DNA of 64,000 nucleotides from Vicugna vicugna (Eukaryota). How positions within the stretch are numbered: the stretch's first letter is position 1; each line of letters begins with the position of its first letter. The stretch spans positions 62,001-126,000 of the forward strand of contig MU057936.1 in NCBI GenBank assembly GCA_013265495.1, written 5' to 3'. Positions 27,580 through 40,727 of the stretch are shown here, piece by piece. The position numbers and the translations under genes are program-made. The notes under the pieces are model-generated. The model searched no databases. It worked only from the letters and a program-made list of their open reading frames with translations, and was not told where the DNA came from.

Positions 27580-27930
27580 GGAAATCTGCCCGGCGCGGAG
27601 CGCGTTCACTGAGCACAGGTGCACGCAGAGTCATCAGCAAGGTGCTCTCAGGAAACAGATGTCCTCCGTGGGAGACTAAGTCCTTTCCCTCAAGTACCTG
27701 CCGCCAGCCACAGAGACACCGGCGCCCTTGGGCAGAGACGGCTCTGCCCGGCAGCGCCCGAGAGGACGCGGGAGCCGGCTCCCGCCTGCAGGCCGAGGCG
27801 CGCCGCGCGCATGCTCAGCTGCTGCAGTGCGCGTGCTCAGCTGCTGCAGTGCGCGTGCTCAGCTGCTGCAGTGCGCGTGCTCAGCTGCTGCAGTGCCTGG
27901 ACGGACGGACGCTCTCCACGCCCGTGTGGA
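27580..27930. promoter_or_regulatory. Small CpG-rich island not attributable to a recognised gene or repeat
   Basis: Dense CpG (cggcgcggagcgcg, ggcgcgccgcgcgc) in an otherwise CpG-depleted window. Confidence 0.55.
27812..27896. repeat. 22-bp perfect tandem repeat TGCTCAGCTGCTGCAGTGCGCG x3.9
   Basis: Units start at 27812, 27834, 27856 and 27878 (the last is 19 bp). No spacers. Confidence 0.95.
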
Positions 27931-28959
27931 CAGGCCTGCTTGTTTTCATCCACATAAACCCGCAGCAATGCAGCAAGTTTGGAAGAAAGCTATCGACATA
28001 CTTCTGACTTAGGAAAGACCCAAATTTACCTTTATTAAAAGGCTGCCAAACTGCAACCCGGATTCTGACTTGAACCAGGGAGTGGAGCAGTTTAGTTCAG
28101 ACGTGGGCTTTGAGGGGAGCTAACCTGTGTTGCTGGTAGGTTTGAATGCGCTCTCTGCAGGTGGTCTGTGGACCCCAGTCATTGGAATAAAGGCCACAGG
28201 TTATAAGTTATGAAAACATTTGCCTTTGGAGCAAGAAAGATCAAGTGAATTTTACAGGCTGTTAGAGGAAACCTATCAGAGACCATGTGGCCGTTTGCCT
28301 GCTGACCATATGGTAACCTTCTGTCGTTTTCAGAAGGGCGAGGTCAGGGGCCTTAGAGGCCCACCACCTGGACTCATTCATTCTTCCCAGGAACTTGACA
28401 CCATCGGAAGACATCTGACCTCAGGGCGTAAACTGAAATCACCTAATCTCAAATAGCACTTCATTAAGAGCTTGCCCTACAGGTTTCCGAGTCAGGAAAC
28501 GCTGCTGCCCACACCCCTTATGAGCCACCTTCCCTCTGTTCATTGCCAGTGAAACCTGAAGGGGCTATTTGGCCTCTGGCTCCATCTCTTCTCTCTCGCC
28601 TTGTGGACGGACACCCTCCTGTACACGTGTCTCTTTTTGCACTGGAAGGTGACACCGTGACTCTATATGTGGAGACAGGTCCTAATGCTAGAAAGGATTC
28701 TAGAAGGCTGTACCAGGCATGCCTTCCTAATTGCCAAACGCGTCATGTGGGGGGAGGATGTCTAGGGCAACGACAGAGAGGAGGTCTGGGAGCTTAGGGA
28801 AGTGGCTGACAGCCAGCTGGTACTCAGACACCTCAGTATATTGATACAGTTTGCCCATCTCTCAGGTACTAGCTCCTAAATCCAAGATCCTAGAGGAACA
28901 GCTTTGATGACAAAAAGTAGCTTTGCCCGTTAATAGCACTTTGGGCCAGCTGAGGAGTG

Positions 28960-29335
28960 CAGCATAGTCATTAGAGCACAGGGTTCTGGCCAAGCCACTT
29001 GCGGGCTGTGTCTCCGGCACGTTCCTTGTTCTCTCCCAGCCGAGGCTCTCCAGTCTTGAAAGCAGGCAATGACACCCACCTCAAAAGGGTGTTGTAAAGA
29101 GCAAGTGAATCGAAAACTGCTCAGCATAGTGACAGGCACATAGAAACCGTGCGTAATCACTGGAGTAATGTTACACTGGGAGGGACCTAAGTAAGATTGT
29201 GGCCAATTCCCTTGTACATGTGAGAAACCTTAGGTCCCGGGATGTTGTCATTTCCTCGTGGTTACCCAGTAGTTTAATCACGAGCTCAGAGGAGGAACAC
29301 AGGTCTCCTGCCTCCCAGTTGAATTTCTTCATTCT
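28960..29335. mobile_element. Two degenerate MIR SINEs in opposite orientation
   Basis: MIR core-like motifs cccacctcaaaagggtgttgtaaag, cagcatagtgacaggcacatag and aggtctcctgcctcccag. Confidence 0.55.
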
Positions 29336-30764
29336 ACGTTACACTGTATCTCTTTTATCCTTTTACAAATATTTACTGTAACTCTGCCCCTGTGTTGATT
29401 AATGTGTTTATGTTCATAAATTTTTGCTGCAGAACACATAGTAGGGAAGAGGGAAAAGTAAACATAAAATGAGGTTTTATGTGTAAAGGACAAAACCTGT
29501 ACACATATGCTTAAGGAAGGGCCTTGGAGTGCGGCGTGGGGGATTCCGATGAAAGCAGCGCACGTCTATGTGTAGCTATGAACTCATTCTTTCCAGAATG
29601 ATTAGTCAGCATGATGCATTCTATCTGTTGTCCTCACAAATATTTCCTGCTTACTCTCTGACTAGCTTGACCCTCCAGAAGCTCAGGTAGGGGAATGTAT
29701 TCTGACAGACCACAGACGATCTTGCCTTGGGAACTGTTGCCACTAAGTCTTCTGTGAATCTGCATTTCTCCCTCTAGCTGGCAGCTTCAGGATGATGTTA
29801 GAAGCAGCGATGTTAAGTAAATAGCCAGCATGGAGAGCACTTCCAGCAGATTAGCACCACGGCTGACTGCTGGGGACAGCAAACTCACATTTAAAGAAAA
29901 CTGCCAAACACGTCACCGGACTCCCTGCTTTTCCTTTAATTACCCTTCGCCAGTAAGTGGGTTTGTGTGTGGAGACAGTAAAGGAAGCGGAATCAGGCCT
30001 GGGTTTTGGCCACCCTCTCTTGCCCGGCCTCCTCCCCAATCTGCAGATCTGTAAGTGAGCAGCTCCACTGATGGAAGGGGAGACACGGCTCCGTGGTTCA
30101 CTGGTGTCTGTGCCCGTGTGTGTACAGTTCCTCCACAGACACACACTCTTATAGTTACTAAGGCAGCAGAACATGTCCTACCTTCCAAGAAGCAGAAGAA
30201 TCAGTCACAATCTGTCAGAAAACAACTGTTTGCCAAGGAACTCTCCCAGAAGCACTAACCGTAGTTTAATATGTTACTGATTTTCTAAACTGTTAAGTAT
30301 GGTTTATAATGGCAATAACCTACATGATACCACTCATTACATCAATTATTACTAAGTTTATTGAAACATTAATGTTTGCCATAGGCAGTTACCTGAAAAA
30401 CTGATTGTGTGAGCCTGAAAATAAGAGATTTCTAAGTGAACGTTGTGTATCTTTAAATGGCTTATGGGAGCTCTTCAGTACATCCCAGACTCTGCTTGTC
30501 CGTCTCTTTTCTTCCTAAAAGACACAAGCCAATACTATGCAAGTATTAAGCTCCTCTGGGTTTAGTGAGATAATCCACAGTTCGCCATTGGAAAATATTT
30601 GTATAATTAATTAAACGTCACTACTGATGGAAATGTGTGTGTGCACAGGGAGGTGGAGAACTTGGGATTAGGCTAAAGAAAAGAATTCTAAACTCTGTGA
30701 AAACACTGAGTGTTGCTCCGTTGTTAAGGCAAGGAAAGATTCATGTCTGTCCTTTTACAAGGAG

Positions 30765-31165
30765 TGTATTAGTCAGCTAGGGCTGCTGTAACAAAATACC
30801 ACACACTCTGAGGTTTCAACAACATAAATTTATTTTCTTACAGTTCTGGAGGCTTAAAGTCCAAGATCAAGGTGACAGCAGGGTTTGTTTCCAGTGAGAC
30901 CTCTCTTCCTGGCTTACCAATGGCTGCCTTCTCATGGAGACTTCATGTGGTTTTCCCTCTGTGCATGTGAAAAGGGAGAGAGCGAGCCCTGGTGTCTCTT
31001 CCTCTTCTCCTAAGGACATCAGTCCTAGGGGATTAGGACCCCCTCCCCTCACTGTGACCTTATTTATCCTTAAATATCTCCTTAAAGGCCCTATCTCCAA
31101 ATGCAGCCTTAATGGGGATTAAAGCTTCAACATATGAATTTGTAGGGGACACAATTCAGTCCATA
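30765..31165 (-). mobile_element. MLT1-type MaLR solo LTR
   Basis: tgtattagtcagctagggctgctgtaacaaaatacc...ggggacacaattcagtccata, with AGGAG on both flanks. Confidence 0.85.
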
Positions 31166-32359
31166 GGAGGAAAGTAGCATGACATATAGATAGCCTTGGA
31201 CACTGGAATCCATTTGACTGGATTTTGATTCCCAGTGATTCCAGGTGTGTGGCTTTGGGCAAATTACTTTGTCTTTCTGTGCCTTACTTTCCTCATCTGC
31301 CTACTTTTTAGGTTGTTAGCCTTTAATACATATGAAGCATAATTATTTCCATGTCTTATTTCAGGCAATTCCATTTTAAGGACTTTGCATTACTCTTCAT
31401 ATAACTTCTTCAAAAACTATGATAAGAGGGTTCTCTTTTAGTTTCTGTGTGTGTTTTGTTGACTTCTTACGTGCAGGGGTCGTGGTTTACTTTCAGTTTA
31501 GTTGTGAGCTCTTTGAGGGCAGGGAACATTCCATCTTTTATTTCTTTTTATCTGGCACCTTGCATAGTATATTTTACCTAGTAGACACTCAAGAAAGTCA
31601 TGATAATTTGGTTGGTTAGAAAGCTATGGCACCTGCCCACTTGATTTTTGAGCTGTTTTCGCCTATCCCTCCCCTCCTTCAACATGGCCCTGTTAGTATA
31701 GTACATGATGTGGAGATTACTGAAGTGCTGAAGTTAATAACTAATGGTTGATACTTATCCATTATTATTACCTCATTCTAGAAAGTAATTGTCAATATAT
31801 GTTAAGTTCGGAAACAAAAGGATCCACTTGTTTTGATGTCAGCTATTGAACTAAAGTCAGTCCATTTCTGACAAAGTTCCCCTCATAAAGGGCAAAGACA
31901 GACTATTAACTACTAAGTATAACTTGTTTAATGTTAGTTACTACACGGTAATATTTTTACCTGTTTTCATAGAGGATCTCTATAAAATCTCCCAAGCTTC
32001 TATTATTTATAAATTATATCTGAAGGCTATGATTTTCAGAATGGGACTGTGTTGACTGACCATGTGTGATTAGTAGTTTGAACAAGTAGTCAACAGTGTC
32101 TGTTAGTGCTAAAATGAAGCAGAAAATATACTACGTTAAAGAGCTTATGGTCTCATCTAGGAGACTTAATCAATGGTGATGTAACTAATGAAAATATGAT
32201 AGTCTAGTCAGGATTCAGATGACAACGCTGTTTGAGCTCACCAAGATTGTAAGTCAGTAGGGAGAGATGAACTCCTGTTTCCTTGCATCTTCCACCATAA
32301 CTGTTTCAGTGCCGACATAATTAAAGCTAAGTAGACATTTGTTCAATAAATAACCAATT

Positions 32360-32760
32360 TCTTTTTTTTTTTATTGAAGTGTAGTTGATTTGCAGTATGA
32401 TATTCCTTTCAGGAGTACAGCACAGTGATTCAGTATTTTTATAGATTATACTTCATTAAAAGTTATTACAAAATAATGACTATAATTCCCTGTGCTATAT
32501 ACTATATCCTTGTGAATTATTTATTTTATATTTAGTAGTTTGTATCACTTAAATCTCCTACCCCTATCTTGCCCCTCCCCTTTTCCCTCTCCCCACTGGT
32601 AACACTAATTTTCTATATCTGTGAGTTTATTTCTGTTTTGCTATATACATTCCTTTGTTTTATTTTTTAGATTCCATGTATAAGTGATATCAAACAGTAT
32701 TTGCCTTTCTCTGTCTGACTTTTTTCACTAAGCATAATCTCTAAGTCCAGCCATGAGCTA
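32360..32760 (-). mobile_element. L1 3' end fragment
   Basis: Poly(T), L1 3'UTR and ORF2 C-terminus remnant IMLSEKSQTEKGKYCLISLIHGI. Confidence 0.85.
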
Positions 32761-35249
32761 ACCAGTTTCTTAACCTGCACTGGAAATTTTTCTGCCAAAC
32801 GTTCAGCTTCTATGTCATTTTTTCTCATGATTCTAGATGGTAAAGGCTGTGAATATAAATAAAACAAGAATATTGAAATGACTTGCATTCTTAAAGCTAA
32901 TATGTATTTATGTATGTATTTCAATGCATGAGTCAACAGGATACATGTCTTTTATTAATAATGCAATAATAGTGTGATGTTTTTATGTATAATCAAATTA
33001 ATTACATGGTTAGCCACATTGCTCAGTTCTAAACCTCTCAGTAGCTTCCAGCTTAGTTTATCTTAAAATCTGGGTATATACTACTGAATTGTGAAGTCCC
33101 AGGGTTCTGTCAGGAGCTAATATCAGGTGTATTTCACACCAGCACACGCCCCTCTACAGGCTTTTTCCCTTGACTTCGTCTTTTTATGAATGGTACTGCC
33201 AGTCTTCAGTCCCCATCCCAGCTGTACTGGTCACCACTATCATTCATCTCCTACATCTGGCTTTTTCTTCTCCTCATCCCTCAACTGCAGGCAGTAATTA
33301 AGAATTGAGGCTTCTAGGAGTTCAAAGTCAGGCTTAATCATTCTTTCTTTCAGTTTCCATTGCTTCTAGTTCAAGTGATCATTATTTCTTACTTACCCTG
33401 AAGTGATCTCCCAGTCACCAGTTTCTCTGCTCTGGGTATTAGTGTTACTCTCTGTTACTCTGTGTCTATATAAACATGACCTTGACTTTCCCCTAGCAGT
33501 GGACTCTCCATTCACACCCCACCAATCTATTGCTTACCTTATCCACCTACTTGGAATGCCCTGCTTCTCCCCATGTCCAGGTATTCAAAGTTTGTCTCTT
33601 CTTTAATCCTGTCAAAAGCCTCTGTTTCCATAAAACACTTCTCTTTCCATTAAACTATAATACCTCAACTGCACCCTTCTGATAACATTTATCACATTTA
33701 TCCCTATTACAATGGTTACTGGTATACATAAACAAACCTCTTCCAGGTCAAAAGCTTTAATTAATTTATATAATATCTAATCTCATGCTGTATGCCTAAA
33801 TTTTACCATCACTGCCTTATACCCAAGGAGAGGGAAAAGAAGGAACATTTAAACCATCCTAGATTTATAGAAGAAATACAATAAATAAATGTAACAAAGT
33901 TTGGGAACATGAGAGATTTGGGACATAAATAATCAAAATCATGTATTAGGGTACTATGGATTAGAGTATCAGGCAAAATTATATGTTACTGTTTTTCTTA
34001 AATAGAAACATTCTTAAACTTAAAGATTCTTAAAGATGCCTATAAATCACAATTATTAGAGAAACTCTTAAAGATAGATACATAGATAGATGATAGAAAG
34101 AAAAATAGAGATATATGTGTTCATCAAACTATTTTATTGTCCCAGACCCTTTGCATTTAAGATATTATTGACTTCTGATAGGTGAATTCAATAGGAATGT
34201 CTTGAAATAGTGGCTCAATGGTGAGTTAAACTACATAATCTGCACTTTATACCCCAATTGTATTGAATTTGTAAATACCACCATATAAATATTACCTGGG
34301 AAAAACATTTTGTCATCATAAACGCATTACATTAAGAAAGTAGGCTATTTTCCTATTTATCAAGAATTTGATCAAATACCAATTATGAAAAAATTATTTA
34401 CGTAATTATCTTAGCATATGTGGTGCCAGACTGAAGAACTAGAAGTAATTATTCCCTTTAAGACTAGAAAAATTCACATAAGGTCTATGTTTTAGTTAAT
34501 TGTATTGTATCGATGGTAGTGTTCTGGTTTTGATAATTTGCATTATGGTTATGTACAATGTTACCATTTGGAGAAGCTTCGTGAAAGATATAGAAAAACT
34601 GCTAATTTTTGCAACTTGTCTGCAAGTCAGAAATTATTTCAAAATTAAAAAAACCCAAGAAGCAGTTTGAAGGGGCTCCAGGTGGCCAAACTTGAGGCAA
34701 TTTGGGCATCAAAAAGTATGATGACAGTAATAGATTTTAATAACTTGAATATCCAAAAATTATGTTTAAGCACATGCATCTACATGGAAAAGGCTGATTA
34801 TTTAATGGTAAAGGGGAGCAGAGTTTTGCCATCCCAAAGTATTTTAGAGAACAATCCCTCAGAAGCAACTAATGTCTTGCAGTCACAGAGCCCAGACGTA
34901 ATTACATGTATTCATCCGCAAGTTTTACATTTTAGTGAATAGCTTTCTCTTGTTTAATTTGAAAACTTTCCAAATTGGACTTTACATACTGCCTTTTTAA
35001 AAGGGAAAGTCAGCCTTGTTAAAATTCAACTATATTTTCCTTCTTTCAGTTGTAGATGAAATTGCCAACATGTTAGCTTTTTTGACCTTAGAGTTGTCTT
35101 TCTGCTACTTTCTTCAGAAATCAAAACTGTCATTTATTTCAAGATTGTATATTATACTAATCAGAAAGATATCTGTATAAGACTATAAGAATTACTTAGT
35201 AAATTATAGTTTAATATCAGTAAAATCTTTATTTTTATTTAAAAAAATT

Positions 35250-35515
35250 TTTAAATCTTTTTTATTAACTTATACTAGACCTACAATATTATATGAGTCT
35301 CAGGTGTACAAGATTGTGATTTGATATTCTGATACAGTATGAAATAATCACAATAAGCTCAGTTACCATCTGTCACCTTACAGTTATCGCAGTCTTATTG
35401 ACTATATTAACTGTGTGTACATTACGTCCCTGTGACTTATTTATTTTATAGCTAGAAGTTTGTACCTCTTAATCCTTTTCACCTCTTTTGCCCATTCCCC
35501 TACCTCTCCCCTCTT
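35250..35515 (-). mobile_element. L1 3'UTR fragment (L1MA9-like)
   Basis: caggtgtaca...agttaccatctgtcacc...ttttatagctagaagtttgtacctctt. Confidence 0.7.
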
Positions 35516-37459
35516 TAAATTGTGCCATATTTCCATAGATTGAAGGGATAAGTATAAAAAATGAAACCATAAACCTCTAGAGGTAGCTCTTCTTTTCCTT
35601 TCTTCTTCCCTCTTTTCCGGGAACAATTCAGTCATAAAGCCATAAGGTGGAGACACACAGGACAGGTGTTTGCACCAGAAGCCATGGTGGCCCAGAGTAA
35701 GGTAATAGGAGCTTCTGCATAGGAGGAAGGCCTGACGTGGGTGCTGGGGACTGAGCACGATGGGGACTGGGAAGGATGAAGAGGGAGTCCAAGTGGTGAT
35801 GTCAAGCTGCGGCAGTCCTGGAGTGTAGGTGGAGTGAGGAGGTCATTGCTGTAAGGGAAGTGGTGGGGGCGGCAGAGGGAGATTGGTGCACGTAAGGGGC
35901 TTGATCAAATAAGTAAATGTATTAAGGATAATGAGATCCAGGGAGAAAATGAGATTGAACTTTGTGGTGATGGCTTAGAATTGGAGGTGTCAGTGTGAAT
36001 GTAGCGGTTTTCAGTATCAGCATGGAAGTAAACATGAATGTAAATGTGTATGTGTGCATATATATGTATGTGTGTGTATGTGTACAAATAGTCCCTGTGT
36101 GTCCACAGAGAGGGAATGGGAGCAGTGACACCGCGGTAGTAATCATTACACCTAGCGTGTGGATCTTGGTTCCCAAATGCTCTTCTGCCCTTAAAGGAAT
36201 CAGGTTTCCTTGGAGAAAGTTTTCCCTTTACGATATGTGCTTTGTGGGCCATGCTTTATAAACTTCTTCCTACTACACATTCATAAAGGTAGTATTTTAT
36301 ATTTTCTTCTAAAAGTTTAGAAGTTTTAAGCTTCACACTCAGTCTTTAATTTAGATACAAGCTTTGTTTATATATGGAGCAAGGGAGAGAGGCAATTCCT
36401 TTGTCTGCATGTGAATAACCAGTTATCCCAGCACCATTTACTATCCTGAGGAATAGTCATTCCTTTTTCCACCTGAGTATTGTATCCCGACACCAGTACC
36501 ACACTGTATCAATTACAATAACTTTATAATAAATCTTAATGTCTGCTAAGATTAAAAAAAAACAAAAATAAAAAACAACAACTCCCCTGAATCCCAAGCT
36601 CCCAAACACCAGCCTAGGGACAAATTTGCAAGTTTGCAAATTGATACTCTTTCTAAGGTACTGGTCTTAGGCCTGCTATGTTAACTCTTTTCTGGAGAAA
36701 AGTTGACTTAGACCTGAGGTAATGGAAATAGAGATATTAAAGAACCTGATGAGAGGATGATGAGGTGAAGACAGCAAGGTGAAACCAAAAGGAAAACAAG
36801 AGCCTTGCATTAAAATCCAAAAGATGGATTACTATACTGTCTGGAGGAGAACTAACATGACTGCAGTTAATGAGAAAAACACCCGGGGGAGTTTGTGCTT
36901 TAATAGGAATTAACAGCATTAACTGAAACATTGGAAAAAGTAATGGAATCTTATTATAAAGTAATGGGAGTGTCATGTCCAGATCAATGGACACAGAACT
37001 CCCATGAAAAGATCCAATATCATTTGGAAAATCTATGCATTGGAAAGGTTCTTTTTCTAAAGCAAATATGAATGAATAAGAGAAGTGCAGTAGGTAATGC
37101 CGGACAGCATTGATATGTGAGCAGCATTATTGTCAATGAAAGGAGGTTTTGAAATTTTTTTCCAATTTTTCAGTTTTATTAGGTAGAATTTTTACAGTTT
37201 GACTGCATATATACAATATATTGCATGTAAATACATATATATAATATACTGCACATTTTTTAGTTTACATATATGTACTGATCATTGTTTCTAAGAACAG
37301 TTTAGGTCTTTAGCTTTTTAAACTTACATAGTTATCAAAGGAATAAAGCCAACAGCAAAATAATCAACAGAATGCAGTAATCCAATGATAGTCACTTGTG
37401 CTTACACATATTCAAGAAATCAGTCATCTAAGTTATAAATAATAAGTAGTTCATTTGTG

Positions 37460-38472
37460 TTTTTTTTTTAAAGATTCCACATATAAGTGATATCATATGG
37501 CATTTTTCTTTCTTTCTGGCTCTCTTCACTTAGAATGACGACCTTCAGGTCCATCTATGTTGCTGCAAATGGCATTATTTTGTTATTTTTTATGGTTGAG
37601 TAGTATTCCATTGTATATATACACCACATCTTTATCTAGTCATCTGTTGGACATTTGGGTTGTTTCCATGTCTTGGCTATTGTAAACAGTGCTGCTATGA
37701 ACACTGGAGTTGCATGTGTCTTTTTGAATTTTACCTTTCTCTGTGTATATGCCCAGGAGTGGGATTGCTGATCACATGGCAAGTGTATTGTTAGTTTTTT
37801 AAGGAATCTCCGTACTGTCCTCCATAGTGGCTGCACCAATCTACACTCCCACCAACAGTGTAGGAGGGCTCCCTTTTCTCCACAGCCTCTCCAGTATCTA
37901 TCATTTGTAGACTTTTTAATGATGGCCATTCTGGCTGGTGTGAGGTGATACCTCACTGTAGTCTTGATCTGCATTTCTCTGACAGTAATGCTGAACATTT
38001 TTTAATGTGCCTATTGGTCATTTGTATGTCTTCATTGGAGAATTACTTGTTTAGGTCTTCTGCCCATTTTTGGATTGGGTTGCGTGGGTTTTGTTTGTTT
38101 GTTTGTTTGTTTGTTTTGATGTTAAGGTATATGAGTGGTTTGCATATTTTGGAGATTAGTCCTTTGTTGGTCACATCATTTGCAAATATTTTCTCCCATT
38201 CTGTAGGTTGTCTTTTGATTTTGTTGTTGGTATCCTTAGCTGTGCAAAAGCTTTTAAGTTTTATTAGATCCCATTTGTTTATTTTTACTTTTATTTCCAT
38301 TATTTCAGGAGATGGTTCAAAAAATATATTGCTGTGATTTATGTCCGAGAGTGTTCTACCTATGTTTTCCTCTAGGAGTTTTAGAGTATCTGTTCTTACA
38401 TTTAAGTCTTTAATCTATTTTGAGTTTATTTTTCTATATGGTGTTAGAGAATGTTCTACTTTCAGTCTTTTA
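37460..38472 (-). mobile_element. L1 ORF2 C-terminal fragment
   Basis: [17 protein letters not shown] and [15 protein letters not shown]...[17 protein letters not shown]. Confidence 0.92.
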
Positions 38473-39194
38473 CGGGGTGGTTTTAAAAATTTTGAAATGA
38501 GTCATGGTGATTCTTTTTTACTCCATTTGGCAGAGTCAAGACCAATGGAGGCAGCTTTAGGGAGGCAGATGCAGAGATAATATATAAGGGAACTAAAACA
38601 GCCCAACTATGGAATTAACTGCCTTGGGCAAGAATGTGTTCCCCAATAATGGAAGTATTCACACAGCGGGATGAATGTGTAACTCTAGACTGGATGAGTC
38701 ATTGAAGCTGAAGATCAGTAGAGTGTCTTTCTGCTCTAAAATGCTTGACCTGTGGTTTTATTAATTTAGACATTTTCCACGATGCCCATGGCTTAGGTGT
38801 TGCTGAATGCACAGTCAAAGGGAAAACAAGAGTGACCTCTGCCTGGTGTCTCTGAATCTCATTCTGTGTTGCCGCAGGAACCCCAGGGATGTTCCCAGGC
38901 ACTGGGGGCTCATTTCATAACATGGCCTCATACAGTCAGGCCCTCAATTGGAGACAAGCCTTTTCACTGGCAATATTCATGCTTGAAATTTCCAGAATTA
39001 ATCTTTAAGGATTATGTGACATACATCAAGATACTACCTCAGTGATCAACCCTATTAAATTTTAGATGAAATTTCAATATACACAAGGAAGTAGTCCCTT
39101 GGAGTTGATGCAGCTTCTTCTTTACCAGTCTTCACCTCTGCTTGTCTCCTCCAGCCCATTCAGAGGTGCTCCCTGGGCCATGTTGGCCTCTAGA

Positions 39195-39508
39195 AGTGCT
39201 CTGTCCAGTACAATGGACACTAAGCACATGAGGCAATCAAGCCCTTGAAAAGCAGTCCAACAATGTACTATAAGTGTAAAATAGATATTGGATTTCAAAG
39301 AGTTCAAAAAGGAGCAAGTAAAATATCTCATAATTTTTTATATTAACTAATTTTAATTTTTTTGGATATATTGTATTACATAAAATATATAATTAAAATC
39401 AGTTTCACCTGTTTCTCTTTACCTTTTGTAATGTGGATATGAACAAATTTAAAATTTCATATATGGCATGCATTTGTGACTAATACTATATTTCTAGTGG
39501 ACAGTGTG
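39195..39508 (+). mobile_element. MER33-like hAT-Charlie element
   Basis: Ends agtgctctgtcca...tggacagtgtg. hAT-type target NTCTAGAN on both sides. Confidence 0.7.
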
Positions 39509-40727
39509 TTCTAGACCCTCTTAGTTCTAATCACTAGACACCCCTTTCAGAAATTGTATCTTCAGTGACAAAGCAACTTTGCATCATATTCTAGTTCTGC
39601 CACTGGCTATATGGCTTTGGGACGTTTAATTATCTGGTTGGGTCTTGGTTGCTTTATTTGTACAATCGGACCATTAATACCTATCAGTTTTACTTGTATA
39701 CATGGTCCCATTTTATAGATTTGCTGTTCTAAAGTTCAAAAAAGATGAAGTTTGTGTACAGCTCAGTGTCGGCCAAGTGGTAGGTAGGTTCTCATTAGTT
39801 CTCCTCATGCTAAATCTGTTTAGAGGTACCAAATGGACTTTTCAAATCTTAAGTCTCCTTAGGGCATGATTTGTCCATGAATCTTGTGCAGCCCCTTGTC
39901 TGTGATGTGGTGCTCTTTGTACAAGGATGTTCTCTGAAATGTTCTACATTTTCTCCATAAAAAAAGATTTCCAGTAAACAGTACTATATATTCAAGTCTC
40001 ATGCAAATGAAAATAATTTACATGATAAAGGATTTTCCTTTAGGTTGATTTGCCTTTAGCCCATATGCCACTCCGGAATTTTACAGAATGCTGCAGACAC
40101 CATTGATTTAATTGTTTTCAGGTTTCATTTTATGCTACAGATTTTTTTCCCTATCCAGAAGAAATATTAATTCATTTTCTCTATACAGGCAGGGCAAAAC
40201 ATAAACATACAAATAGTACAGCTTCCTTCCCAAAAGGAAAAAAAAATCATCCAATTTCCATATCATTCCCCACCTACAATGAGGATAAGGCCAGAAACAC
40301 TACTCCAAAGTCATCAAAATAGAAAATGTGCGTTTGTCACTGTTTCTCTTTCTCTAAAACTGAAGTTAATGTTTCTTATATAAGTCACTGACTTTCAAGG
40401 GGGCAACACGTATTACTTTAAAAAGTACCAATATATCCTGAAAGTCTTCTTTACCCATATTTTGATGTGGAATATGTTAGGCTTTTTAGTCTGTATCACA
40501 TGACATTTTTACACAGAAACTGGGGGAAAATTAAACCAGACTATTGATAGTTCTCAGTACAGTTATGAATTTTGTTACAAGAAGTACTGATGACTGGTTT
40601 AATGTCTTCCTAGGGCATCTGTGGATGCCACTCACCTTACTGTATATGAATGCGTGCTGAGTTGATTATTTGTAAATACTCTTAGGTTATATATGTGTGT
40701 GTGTATGTTCACCTATATGGTATTTCT

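Noticed and set aside
27812..27896. Short direct repeats as a CRISPR array
   Set aside because: The units are contiguous with no unique spacers, there are no cas genes, and the context is mammalian.
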